Source: a virus
Lineage: Duplodnaviria; Heunggongvirae; Uroviricota; Caudoviricetes
Virus record (IMG/VR): IMGVR_UViG_3300029305_002265
Strand: one strand, 5' to 3'
Length of the DNA stretch: 64,000 nucleotides
Part shown: positions 1 to 9,035 of the stretch, in pieces
Layout: each line of letters opens with the position of its first letter
How positions within the stretch are numbered: position 1 is the first letter of the stretch
Notes under the pieces: generated by a model
Seen by the model: the letters and a program-made list of their open reading frames with translations, nothing else
What the model was told of the DNA's origin: nothing
Database searches by the model: none
Translations under genes and position numbers: made by a program

Positions 1-245
1 AGCCAGGTCAGTCTTGCACAATAACGTGCAAGGTATTTAGTTGGGACGATGATATAACCGAGAAAGTTAAAACCGCAGGTGGAAAATTCTCTTGGGTTCG
101 TAGCTCTAATTCAGACGACTCTATATGGAATGCCTCTCATTCGGCACAAACGTCCAACATAATTACTATAACAAACGAAGATATTGTAAAGAACGCACAA
201 TTTTCTTGTGAAGTTCAATTTGATGACGAAAAAATAACATCCTAA
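1..245 (+). CDS. Partial CDS, C-terminal end of an upstream (probably structural/tail) gene; start lies outside the window
   Basis: Frame 3 is open from nt 3 to the TAA at 243-245 (...NEDIVKNAQFSCEVQFDDEKITS*); it is co-oriented with and immediately upstream of the tail-fibre gene. Confidence 0.45.
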   Translation, partial: PGQSCTITCKVFSWDDDITEKVKTAGGKFSWVRSSNSDDSIWNASHSAQTSNIITITNEDIVKNAQFSCEVQFDDEKITS

Positions 246-261
246 GAAGGGAGGATATATT

Positions 262-3200
262 ATGGCAAGCAAAACACTGCATTCATCAAACATAACATTT
301 ATGGACACAACGGATGATCGTAAATTAGATATTTATATTTCTAGTAATCATCCTACTGTCCAAATTTATAATTCCAACACCAAAGTATATACTCCCGACT
401 GGAGTACTACAAATCTGCAACTTAGCGCAGAAATATATCTCGACTCAAAAGATGTAACAACTGACGCTCAAACAATAATCGGATGGTATACGAAAATTGG
501 CACTACAGAAACATTAGTTGGAACTGGAGCAAATCTAACCATATCTACTAATGCTTTAGTGACCAACCCAATTATTACTTACATCTGTAAAGCGGAATAC
601 CAGAATATTGACGCATTGTCCCAGCAAACATTTACTCGTGTAGACACAGGACTTAACGGTAGTGATGGTACCAGTGTAAATATCAAAGGTACCGCGACTT
701 CTGCTACATCGGTTACAAATACTGATTATTATACCATTACCTATGACGGTAGTAATATATCTGCTGCAGAATTAAATGACGCTTATATGTATAACGGCGA
801 TTTGTATGTATGTGTAGACTCTAGAGATGGGATAGATTACTTCATTAATGTTGGTAGAATTCAAGGTCCAGCGGGTGAGAATGCTAAAAACATTGTCCTT
901 AGCGGCAGTGCCCAAGTATTCAAAATTAACAAAGCTAATGTGTATGCTCCCGCTACCATCTCGGTTACCGCACATACATTCAACACCTCAGCAACGACTT
1001 GGACTTATAGCATAAATGGAGGTCAAACTTTTCTAAGTACCGTTCCAACTGGTGTAACACGTAACGGAAATATCGTAACTGTCACTGGTTCAACCCTTGC
1101 TTCAAATTCGCTGGTTGTTAAGGCATCTGACGGCACTGTTGAGGACGTGTTTACTATATACAAAGCATTTGACGGTACGGACGGCTCGACTGGAGCACCA
1201 GGAACTCCTGCGCCGCTTGTATTTTTAACTAACGAGAATATCTCTTTTGCGGCGAACGCAAGCGGTCAAATAGCGACAACGGCATTTACTACGAATGTTG
1301 TAGCATATAGTGGCACAACAAAAGTAACTCCTACTATAGGTACAATTACCGGTCTGCCAGCAGGCATGACCGTTAGTACTCCCGTCACTACGGCAAATGA
1401 GCAAATTCTAACATTTAGTATAGCCAATAATTCAACTTTAGGTGCGACTACAAGCAATAGCGGCACAATTACTATCCCCATCACAAGCCCCGTAAGCACC
1501 AACCTAAAACTGAGTTGGAGCAAAATTAATACTGGAGCAACTGGTGTTGGAATTAAATCAACTACTGTAACATACGGTGTATCAGATTCTTCTACTATTC
1601 AACCAACAGAATGGCAATCGACTATTCCTACGGTTGCAGATGGTAAATATCTTTGGACCCGCACTGTTACGGATTACACAGATGACGCAATAGCAGATAC
1701 TGTTACTTACATTTATGCTAAGCAAGGCACAGTGGGTGATACTGGCCCTAGCGGTTCGTCTGTTACGGTGTCCTCTATTCAATACCAAGAAGGTTCAACT
1801 GCTACGACCGCACCGACAGGTACATGGTCTAACGCAGTAGTTGCAGTTGCAGATGGTAAATATCTTTGGACCAAAACAACATTCTCGGATAGTAAAGTTG
1901 CCTACGGCGTTGCTAAACAGGGTTCCGCTGGTACTGCTGCATCACTTGTGAATATTACACCGTCAGCCTTGTATTTTAAATCAACAACTGGTAAAGATGG
2001 TGTATTTACACCCGATTATATCTATCTTTATCCTAGGTTCCAAACTGTAACTTATAGTGGTTGGCAATATTCTGTTGACGGTGGTACTACTTGGGTTAAT
2101 GCGTCTGGAGCTAATGGATTGACAATAGGCACATATAATTCTGTGGCAAATTCTTTAAGAATAAGCAAAAGTTCAACTTTGTATACGGATGCTATTACTT
2201 CGATATCGTTTAAGTGTAATAGCAACAATAGTTCTGTTTATGATGTTGTCTCTATAGCAAAGATATATGATGTTGTTGATTTGCAAATTGGTAGTAGAAA
2301 TTTAGCGAGATTTACCGACAGCGAATATTGGTCTCATTATGGTTCCGCAACTACCAACATAAGTTTTTCAGAGGGTACCAGAAGCAGAAGAATTAAGGTA
2401 GAATGTACAATTACAGACACCTCATCTTCCGCGTATTTTGGAGTTCAGCAGACGCCACAAGCCAGATTGATGAAATTACAACCGAATCAGGAATACACTT
2501 TGTCGTTTTTAGTACGTGGTAATGTATCTAATATTAATTATACATACTTGATGAATTCGGGTTCTACTAATATACCAATACGTATGATTAATACGCCATC
2601 AATTTCAGAAACAGAGTTTACAAAAATTGTCCAAACCTTTACCACCACTGACAGCGTAACAACATCAACGGGATCTTATTTGATGTTGAGTTATTTGGGT
2701 GCAAAAGATCCAACAATGTGGTTTGAATTAGAGGAAATTCAGTTAGAGGCTGGTAATGTAGCAACAGACTGGGGCAAGGCGCCAGAAGATTTAATAGAAG
2801 AAGCATCTAATGTTAATATAATGCTAAGTAACGAATCTCATCTTTTTGAGGCAACTGCAAGCGGTGTACCTACTGAAACAAGCGTCACATTAGATGTTGT
2901 AGGATATAAAGGTTCGATTTTATCTGAGACAACAGTTGGCACAATTGCTGGATTGCCATCTGCTGGAATGACCGCAGTAGTTTCCGATAATGGAACGACC
3001 AACACAAAAATAACTATCAGCGTAACATCTGCTTTAACATCAGATATAGCCGATTACGGAGTACTTACAATTCCTGTGACTGTCAATGGTAATACAATCA
3101 ATAAACTATTTAGTTGGTTAAAAGCTAAGGCTGGCGAAATGGGTGCTGCTGGTGGAGATGCCGTTACATTCCAAGTTTATTCGAGCAATGGGTATGCACT

Positions 3201-3960
3201 ATCTATCAATACGCCTACTGTAACATTACAAACTTTTGCTTATGTTGGCGATACCGAAATTACGGCCGGTGCAACATATCAATGGTATTCGTACAATGAC
3301 GGTGTTTGGAGTGCAATTTCTGGAGAAACACTTGGATATTTAGACGTGTCTCGCGAAGATGTGTCCTTTAGTAACAGTTATATGTGTAAAATGACATTTG
3401 ACGGAGTTGAATATTCTGGCGTTGCAACTGTTGATGATAAAAATGATAGTAACGCATTCTTTTCTTCAAAACCAACTTCATATACGGCGGGTGATTTCTG
3501 GCTTACTGCGGCAGATTATACACCGCCAGGACATAGCGTTGGTACGTTGCTTAGAGCAGAACATACAAATTCTATATATTCAGATGATGACTGGGTGATA
3601 GGCTCGAAGTATGACGCAGATATTTCTGATCTTAAAAAGGATATAGACACATATAATCAACACTTTTCATTCGATTCTGTAAATGGCGTAAAGATTAGTG
3701 CTAGAAGCGATGACGGCTCTCTATCTGAGTTTTCGACAACATTGACGAATGAAAGGTTGTCGTTTAATTACGGCAATAACGCTGTCGCATATATTGATGC
3801 TACAAAAATGAATATTAAAGAAGCAGAGATTGAATCTCCGTTAACCATTACAGGTAAATATTCTGGTAGCACGATGGAACAGGCGCCAATAATTAATATT
3901 GGTAATTTTAGTATAGTAGTTGAGAGCAATGGTAGCCTCTCAATTGTAGCAAACACATAA
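262..3960 (+). CDS. Tail fibre / receptor-binding protein (1232 aa), S/T/G-rich with a collagen-like GxxGxxG patch and internal repeats
   Basis: Strong RBS AAGGGAGG upstream; length and composition typical of phage fibres; repeated ADGKYLWT(R/K)T motif; sits next to a second fibre-like ORF. Confidence 0.7.
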   Translation: MASKTLHSSNITFMDTTDDRKLDIYISSNHPTVQIYNSNTKVYTPDWSTTNLQLSAEIYLDSKDVTTDAQTIIGWYTKIGTTETLVGTGANLTISTNALVTNPIITYICKAEYQNIDALSQQTFTRVDTGLNGSDGTSVNIKGTATSATSVTNTDYYTITYDGSNISAAELNDAYMYNGDLYVCVDSRDGIDYFINVGRIQGPAGENAKNIVLSGSAQVFKINKANVYAPATISVTAHTFNTSATTWTYSINGGQTFLSTVPTGVTRNGNIVTVTGSTLASNSLVVKASDGTVEDVFTIYKAFDGTDGSTGAPGTPAPLVFLTNENISFAANASGQIATTAFTTNVVAYSGTTKVTPTIGTITGLPAGMTVSTPVTTANEQILTFSIANNSTLGATTSNSGTITIPITSPVSTNLKLSWSKINTGATGVGIKSTTVTYGVSDSSTIQPTEWQSTIPTVADGKYLWTRTVTDYTDDAIADTVTYIYAKQGTVGDTGPSGSSVTVSSIQYQEGSTATTAPTGTWSNAVVAVADGKYLWTKTTFSDSKVAYGVAKQGSAGTAASLVNITPSALYFKSTTGKDGVFTPDYIYLYPRFQTVTYSGWQYSVDGGTTWVNASGANGLTIGTYNSVANSLRISKSSTLYTDAITSISFKCNSNNSSVYDVVSIAKIYDVVDLQIGSRNLARFTDSEYWSHYGSATTNISFSEGTRSRRIKVECTITDTSSSAYFGVQQTPQARLMKLQPNQEYTLSFLVRGNVSNINYTYLMNSGSTNIPIRMINTPSISETEFTKIVQTFTTTDSVTTSTGSYLMLSYLGAKDPTMWFELEEIQLEAGNVATDWGKAPEDLIEEASNVNIMLSNESHLFEATASGVPTETSVTLDVVGYKGSILSETTVGTIAGLPSAGMTAVVSDNGTTNTKITISVTSALTSDIADYGVLTIPVTVNGNTINKLFSWLKAKAGEMGAAGGDAVTFQVYSSNGYALSINTPTVTLQTFAYVGDTEITAGATYQWYSYNDGVWSAISGETLGYLDVSREDVSFSNSYMCKMTFDGVEYSGVATVDDKNDSNAFFSSKPTSYTAGDFWLTAADYTPPGHSVGTLLRAEHTNSIYSDDDWVIGSKYDADISDLKKDIDTYNQHFSFDSVNGVKISARSDDGSLSEFSTTLTNERLSFNYGNNAVAYIDATKMNIKEAEIESPLTITGKYSGSTMEQAPIINIGNFSIVVESNGSLSIVANT
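1629..1877 (+). repeat. Intragenic direct repeat: the 27-nt exact copy gttgcagatggtaaatatctttggacc occurs at 1632-1658 and 1846-1872
   Basis: Read directly from the sequence; it encodes the duplicated VADGKYLWT peptide. Confidence 0.8.
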
Positions 3961-3975
3961 GAGAGGTGAAAAAGA

Positions 3976-6246
3976 ATGGCAATTATTAACGGAACTTCGG
4001 TGGAGGGAATGACCCTCCAAGCCGATTATTCATATACTCAAAATATATCAGCTAATACATCAACTGTGACGGTTACGCTAAAATTAGTAAACCATTATGC
4101 GCTATATGCGTCCGCACTTAGCGGCTCGTATATTTCTGTTGGTGGTAATAAAACAAACTACAGTAAATCAATTAGTTATGGCGGTTCTACTACAACCACA
4201 ACTACATTGGCAACAAAAACAGTAACAGTTACACACAATAGCAACGGAACTGGAACTTGTGCTATCGGTGGTACATTTGTTATGAACGGTACTTATCGTA
4301 GTACTTATGTTGGTACTATGTCAGTAAGTTCAACGATAACATTACCAACCATTCCTAGATCTTCTGGTTTAACTGTGCCGTCAAGCATTAATACTGGAGC
4401 GACATTATCAGGAACGGTATCTCCATCTTCGACCGTATTTAACCATAAAGTCATACTTAAGACCGGTTCGACTGTAAGAAACACTATTAGTTTGGCTGCC
4501 GGTACGACCGCATTTAGCGACGTGGTTGAACATAACTGGTTTCCAAGTAGTACTAGCGGAACCGTTACTGTGGTTTTAGAAACATATAATGGAACTTCCT
4601 TAGTGGCAACAACCTCAAAGTCTGTAACTGCTAATGTGCCGACATCTGTTGTGCCTTCCGTAAGTGCATTTACTGCGGCAATAGCAGCCAATGGGCTAAG
4701 TGGCTTATATGTTCAAGGCAAAACCACTGCAAAGTTAACGGCTACCGCAACGGCTGGTGCGGGAAGTAGCATTAAGTCTTATACTTATAGTGGACCAAAT
4801 GTAACTTCGTCGTCAAACTCAACAACAATTACGGCGAATACAATAACCACTGCGGCAATTAAATCGTCTGGCACTTTGACTTATACCGTACAGGTACAAG
4901 ATGCCCGCGGTAGAACGGCTAGCAAGACTGTATCAATATCTGTTTACGCATATAGTGCGCCTAAAATTGGATCTATATCTGTTCAGCGTTGTACATCTGA
5001 CGGTACGCTTTCCGATAGTGGCACATATGCAAGATATACCGTTAACTCGTCCTATGCCTCTGTTGGTGGTAAAAACACTCGAACGGTAACGGTTGCTTAT
5101 AGTAGCAATAATGGCTCTACATATTCTGCTACTACGACACTACAGGCGGCAACAGATACTGCCAATTCTAAAACCGGCACATATGGCGGTGGAGCTTTTG
5201 CGGTAGCAAGTTCATATTTGGTTAAGTTTACAATTACAGATGCCTATGGAGCAACGCATAGTGCGACAGCTTCGTTGCAGTCTGCGGCAAGGCCAATTAA
5301 TATTCGCTCGAATGGTAAGGGCGTAGCGATTGGTGCTATGTCCACCAAAGACGCGTTCGAAGTTGCTATGCCTGCAGATTTTAATTCAAGTGTCAACATT
5401 GATGGAAAGTTAACACTGACAGGAGGGTTGTCTACCCCATTATCTATTGCAAATGGTGGAACAGGTGTATCGGCAGCTAGTTCTCTTGCTAGAACCCATA
5501 TTCACAACGACATAGCTGGAGCGTCTAGTTCTGGTGGTACGTTGGGATATCTTCGAATTGCGAGAGTACAAATCACGGCAGGTTATGTAAATCAACCGAT
5601 TGAAATTAAATTTAGTAGAAGACTAGATTCTAGACCCACAACTGTATCTTTATTGTTCCACAACTCTGCGAATCTCGATCCTGGGTATGCCGCATTTGTA
5701 GTTGACGGGCCAGCACCAACATGGTTATATAAGGCTGGAACTAGTATATGGGATATCTATGTGCAAAAAGCAGAATCTTATGATTATATTGGCATATTGG
5801 ACGCGAAATATACTGATAATCTTGTAGAAAAATTAACTATAGCATTTACAGATGTGTTTGCATCAAGTGTGCCAAGCGGTGCAATTGCAGCAACAGAACT
5901 TTATGAGGACTATGTTGTTGAAACTGGCGCCTCTAATGGATGGACGTGGAGGAAATGGCGTGGTGGACGAATGGAACTTTATGGTTCCGCAAGTCATAAC
6001 CCGACGGCACTTAACGATGGAATTAATAGCATGACTGTCACCATGCCAGTATCATTTGTAAATACATCGTTTATGGTTTATCTTACCCCTGCGAAGTGTG
6101 GATTACTTGTCACAAGATTTGGAGATTGTGCTAGTAATAATGATATTACTCATACAAATAATAGTTTTGTTTTATCATATAGGTATAATCATGGAACCGT
6201 GTACACTGTCAATTTCAATGTAATGGTCGTTGGCGGATGGAAATAA
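3976..6246 (+). CDS. Second tail fibre / tail-associated structural protein (756 aa), T/S-rich
   Basis: RBS GAGAGGTGAAAAAGA before the ATG; long low-complexity T/S N-terminus and a C-terminal globular domain; position after the first fibre. Confidence 0.6.
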   Translation: MAIINGTSVEGMTLQADYSYTQNISANTSTVTVTLKLVNHYALYASALSGSYISVGGNKTNYSKSISYGGSTTTTTTLATKTVTVTHNSNGTGTCAIGGTFVMNGTYRSTYVGTMSVSSTITLPTIPRSSGLTVPSSINTGATLSGTVSPSSTVFNHKVILKTGSTVRNTISLAAGTTAFSDVVEHNWFPSSTSGTVTVVLETYNGTSLVATTSKSVTANVPTSVVPSVSAFTAAIAANGLSGLYVQGKTTAKLTATATAGAGSSIKSYTYSGPNVTSSSNSTTITANTITTAAIKSSGTLTYTVQVQDARGRTASKTVSISVYAYSAPKIGSISVQRCTSDGTLSDSGTYARYTVNSSYASVGGKNTRTVTVAYSSNNGSTYSATTTLQAATDTANSKTGTYGGGAFAVASSYLVKFTITDAYGATHSATASLQSAARPINIRSNGKGVAIGAMSTKDAFEVAMPADFNSSVNIDGKLTLTGGLSTPLSIANGGTGVSAASSLARTHIHNDIAGASSSGGTLGYLRIARVQITAGYVNQPIEIKFSRRLDSRPTTVSLLFHNSANLDPGYAAFVVDGPAPTWLYKAGTSIWDIYVQKAESYDYIGILDAKYTDNLVEKLTIAFTDVFASSVPSGAIAATELYEDYVVETGASNGWTWRKWRGGRMELYGSASHNPTALNDGINSMTVTMPVSFVNTSFMVYLTPAKCGLLVTRFGDCASNNDITHTNNSFVLSYRYNHGTVYTVNFNVMVVGGWK

Positions 6247-6308
6247 AAAGAAACCTCCAATCGGAGTAAAAGAACAAACATAATTTACGCTAAGGAGGTG
6301 ATTTATCT

Positions 6309-6992
6309 ATGAAAGACTTGTTAGAAGGGATAGAATTTTTGGGTATCCCAACTATAGTAGCGATTATTTTAGTCGGGATATATTTGCTTATTGATTTTAA
6401 GGCCAAAATTCTTCCCGAATTTGCTAGTCTTAAAAGATACTTTAAAAAAAGAAAACAAAAGAAAGAAGATGCATTAAAAGAACAACAAGCACAAAAGCAG
6501 ATGCTTGAAGATATGCAGAAGTCATTGGTTGAAATGAAAAATAGTGTTGACAAATCATTGGGAGAAATGAAAAAGAGTGTTGATGCATCTATAAGCGAGA
6601 TGAAATCTCACTATACTCCCGAGAAGCTTGCACAGAGAGATGCGTGGATGGACTGGGTTAATAACAGAGCCGAGGTTTATGATTCTTCGGTTGGGAAATT
6701 AACCGAAGTAACAGACGCACTTCGCGCAAATAATGAATTGACGCTTGATTTGTATATCAACGTTAATAGACACCGTATTATCGATTTTGCTAGCAAAGTA
6801 GTAAATGAAAACATCGCTGTGTCGCGTGAAGAGTTTAACAGAATTTTTCGTGTATACAATGATTACGAGGAAATTCTCAAGAAGCACAATAAGACCAATG
6901 GTGAGGTTGAAGTGTCTATTCGCATAATTCGTGAAGCATATGAAAATCATATGAAGAACCATACATTTATCGAGGATTCTCGTGGATATTAA
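6309..6992 (+). CDS. Membrane-anchored coiled-coil protein: N-terminal TM helix then a K/E-rich coiled coil. Possibly lysis- or tail-assembly-associated
   Basis: RBS AAGGAGGTG; TM segment GIPTIVAIILVGIYLLI followed by charged heptad-like sequence; located directly upstream of the holin. Confidence 0.45.
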   Translation: MKDLLEGIEFLGIPTIVAIILVGIYLLIDFKAKILPEFASLKRYFKKRKQKKEDALKEQQAQKQMLEDMQKSLVEMKNSVDKSLGEMKKSVDASISEMKSHYTPEKLAQRDAWMDWVNNRAEVYDSSVGKLTEVTDALRANNELTLDLYINVNRHRIIDFASKVVNENIAVSREEFNRIFRVYNDYEEILKKHNKTNGEVEVSIRIIREAYENHMKNHTFIEDSRGY

Positions 6993-7025
6993 ACAATACA
7001 AAATGATTAAATGGAGGAATGACTG

Positions 7026-7337
7026 ATGGAAGTTTGGACAACTATTATCTTGCCGATTATATCTGGTTTAGTGGCAGCAATTCCGCTGGTCATTAAGTTA
7101 ATTGATCTTGCGCAAAAGGTACACAAAGAGAAGAATTGGAGTGCCGTTGTACAGCTCGTGCTCAAACTTATGGCTGAGGCCGAACAAAATTATGTCAATG
7201 GCGCAGATAAGAAGGCCTATGTTATGTCTACCATTAAGGCGATGGAAGCGTCGCTACGGTATGACATTGACGAGAAGGCGATTGGTGAACTTATAGATGC
7301 TGTTGTGGCGGCTACAAAGAAAATTAACACTAAATAA
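7026..7337 (+). CDS. Holin, LL-H (Phage_holin_6)-like family, 103 aa
   Basis: N-terminal TM helix followed by an amphipathic A/E/K-rich tail (…ADKKAYVMSTIKAMEAS…), the architecture of Lactobacillus LL-H type holins; RBS GGAGGAATGACTG. Confidence 0.65.
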   Translation: MEVWTTIILPIISGLVAAIPLVIKLIDLAQKVHKEKNWSAVVQLVLKLMAEAEQNYVNGADKKAYVMSTIKAMEASLRYDIDEKAIGELIDAVVAATKKINTK

Positions 7338-7385
7338 AAATTTAGGGGATACAGATTATTTTCTGTATCCCTATTTTTTTACGTC
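7330..7385. terminator. Bidirectional rho-independent terminator (stem GGGATACAG/CTGTATCCC flanked by A-run and T-run)
   Basis: Perfect 9-bp stem with an 8-nt loop; T7 run on the plus strand and a T-rich tract on the minus strand; lies between the holin (+) and the RHH gene (-). Confidence 0.6.
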
Positions 7386-7526
7386 TTTATTATCAATATA
7401 TTCTTGTAATATCACCGTAATTAAATTGTTTGTACTTCTTCTTTCTTTAGACGCAAGTATGTCTAGCCTAATTTTTAATGTGTCAGGAATACGTAGCGTA
7501 AAAGCACATATATCTTCTTTTGCCAT
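7371..7526 (-). CDS. Small ribbon-helix-helix (CopG/Arc/MetJ-like) DNA-binding protein, 51 aa; not in the ORF track (<60 aa)
   Basis: Hand translation of the minus strand gives MAKEDICAFTLRIPDTLKIRLDILASKERRSTNNLITVILQEYIDNKDVKK*; the beta-strand-helix-helix pattern is typical of RHH repressors/centromere-binding proteins; it is divergent from tubR-like/tubZ-like. Confidence 0.5.
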   Translation of the reverse strand: MAKEDICAFTLRIPDTLKIRLDILASKERRSTNNLITVILQEYIDNKDVKK

Positions 7527-7687
7527 TTATATCACCACCCTACTCTATTATAAAATAATAATAATATGGTGTCAAATTGGTATTATTTTTTAAAAGGTAT
7601 TGCATCATTTTAACCAATGTGGTATCATAAAGACACCAAGCAATGGTAAACATTGCATAACAATGAAAAACAATGGGAGGAAATGAT
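7527..7687. promoter_or_regulatory. AT-rich intergenic region with imperfect iterons (TGGTAT / CAATG motifs spaced about 25 bp); candidate centromere/operator
   Basis: ggtatt, ggtatt, ggtatc and ggtaaac recur at about 25-29 bp spacing, and caatg recurs four times; flanked by divergent RHH and TubR-like genes. Confidence 0.3.
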
Positions 7688-7933
7688 ATGAATAGACTAG
7701 CTTTACTTATTTTGGCAACACTTCAACAGTCTAAAGCAACAGTAGTCGTATCGGCGATGAGTGTATATGAAATTCAAAAATATGCGAATTTGCAGCAATC
7801 AATCACCACGTTACATAGGGCTATGAATTTTTTATTAGATGAACAATATATTAAACAGGGATTAAAGGATTCAAAATCAAACACATTTTATTTAACGCCA
7901 ACAGGCGAACAAATTATTAAGGAGATGTTATAA
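7688..7933 (+). CDS. TubR-like small winged-HTH DNA-binding protein (81 aa from the internal ATG; the ORF track begins at 7673)
   Basis: GGGAGG sits 7 nt before the ATG at 7688; predicted helix-turn-helix plus a wing (…QSITTLHRAMNFLLDEQYI…NTFYLTPTG); immediately upstream of and translationally abutting the tubulin-like gene. Confidence 0.45.
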   Translation: MNRLALLILATLQQSKATVVVSAMSVYEIQKYANLQQSITTLHRAMNFLLDEQYIKQGLKDSKSNTFYLTPTGEQIIKEML

Positions 7934-7934
7934 T

Positions 7935-8957
7935 ATGAATGAACAATTTGGAATTATCGGACTTGGGGCTGGAGGCAGTAATATTGCCAATCTATTCGAA
8001 GCTAAAAATTATACCACCATGTATATCAATACGAGTATTGAAGATTTAAACTGTATTAAAGGGGTTCATAAGTTAGCGATTTCTGGGGCGGAAGGGGCTG
8101 CAAAGGATAGAAAAAGAGTTTTACAACTTGCAATGGAATCATTTGGAGATATTGTTCAAAAAATAGAAAGTGTAATCGCGCAAAAGTATGTGGTTGTTAT
8201 CTTTAGTGCTGGGGGCGGTACAGGAAGTGGCTTATCTATTCCCATACTTAAATATTTAACTCAAATAGGAAAAATTTGCATCCCAGTGATGATACTGCCT
8301 GACGGTCACTCTTCGGCTAAGGTAAACGAAAATGCTTATAATGCCTGTGCAGAGCTAATGTCCATTCAAGGATTAGGGGCAACATTCTTACTAGATAACT
8401 CCAGAGGCGACAAATTTGCCATTAATAACCGTTTTGCATGCGAGCTCGACTCTTTTATCAATTTACAAAACTCAAGCGTACATGGCAACATAGACAAGGC
8501 TGAGCGTAAGCAAATGCTTTCTTGTCCAGGCGTTGCTGTTATTGGTAAAGTAAGTAAAGCGAAAAGTGTAGCGTCTGAACTTGTTGATAGTCTTTATAAT
8601 GGAATACATGCCGAAATAACATCTAAAAATGCCTATTATTTAGGCGTAAGTACATCAAATAGATCTTTAGACATAGAAAGTATCACCTCTACTTTCTCAA
8701 GCGTTTACGATGTTTTTACAGGCACATCGGAGGCAACTTCAATAATCATAGCAACTGGCTTACAGTTTCCACAAAAGAAAATTATAGAATTTAGGAATAA
8801 TTTTGAAAAAGTTGTTAAGACTATGAATGACACCAATGTTATGCAGACTTTCGAGCCGTTGGAACCACTTAAGGGATTGTCATTCACACCGACTGCTATT
8901 CAACCTCAAGCACCAACGAGCCCGAGAGATATTCTCTTGGGGCTATTGAACAATTAG
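7935..8957 (+). CDS. tubZ-like: Tubulin/FtsZ-superfamily GTPase, TubZ/PhuZ-like (340 aa)
   Basis: Glycine-rich T1 loop GIIGLGAGGSNIAN, an FtsZ-like NTSIEDL T2 motif, and the canonical tubulin signature GGGTGSG in SAGGGTGSGLS; size matches phage/plasmid TubZ/PhuZ proteins. Confidence 0.7.
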   Translation: MNEQFGIIGLGAGGSNIANLFEAKNYTTMYINTSIEDLNCIKGVHKLAISGAEGAAKDRKRVLQLAMESFGDIVQKIESVIAQKYVVVIFSAGGGTGSGLSIPILKYLTQIGKICIPVMILPDGHSSAKVNENAYNACAELMSIQGLGATFLLDNSRGDKFAINNRFACELDSFINLQNSSVHGNIDKAERKQMLSCPGVAVIGKVSKAKSVASELVDSLYNGIHAEITSKNAYYLGVSTSNRSLDIESITSTFSSVYDVFTGTSEATSIIIATGLQFPQKKIIEFRNNFEKVVKTMNDTNVMQTFEPLEPLKGLSFTPTAIQPQAPTSPRDILLGLLNN

Positions 8958-8986
8958 GGCTACCGAAAGGTAGCCTTATTTTTTTT
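8958..8986 (+). terminator. Rho-independent terminator after the tubZ-like gene (GGCTACC-gaaa-GGTAGCC + T9)
   Basis: 7-bp perfect stem with a GAAA tetraloop, followed by ttatttttttt. Confidence 0.65.
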
Positions 8987-8995
8987 ACGATTATA

Positions 8996-9029
8996 GCCAA
9001 AAGAAAAGCCCTATGCAGATGCATAGGAC
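8996..9029 (-). terminator. Terminator for the minus-strand serine recombinase gene (GCCCTATG..CATAGGGC stem followed by a T-rich tract on the minus strand)
   Basis: Inverted repeat 9008-9029 followed on the minus strand by TTTTCTTTTGG; it is convergent with the plus-strand terminator. Confidence 0.5.
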
Positions 9030-9035
9030 ATTGTA

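Noticed and set aside
111-308. Minus-strand 65-aa ORF at the left end
   Set aside because: It overlaps the open plus-strand frame that continues from upstream and the tail-fibre start region, and has no RBS.
7297-7593. Plus-strand 98-aa ORF across the terminator and intergenic region
   Set aside because: It spans an intrinsic terminator and AT-rich repeats. The minus-strand RHH ORF with a proper stop at the terminator is the better model.
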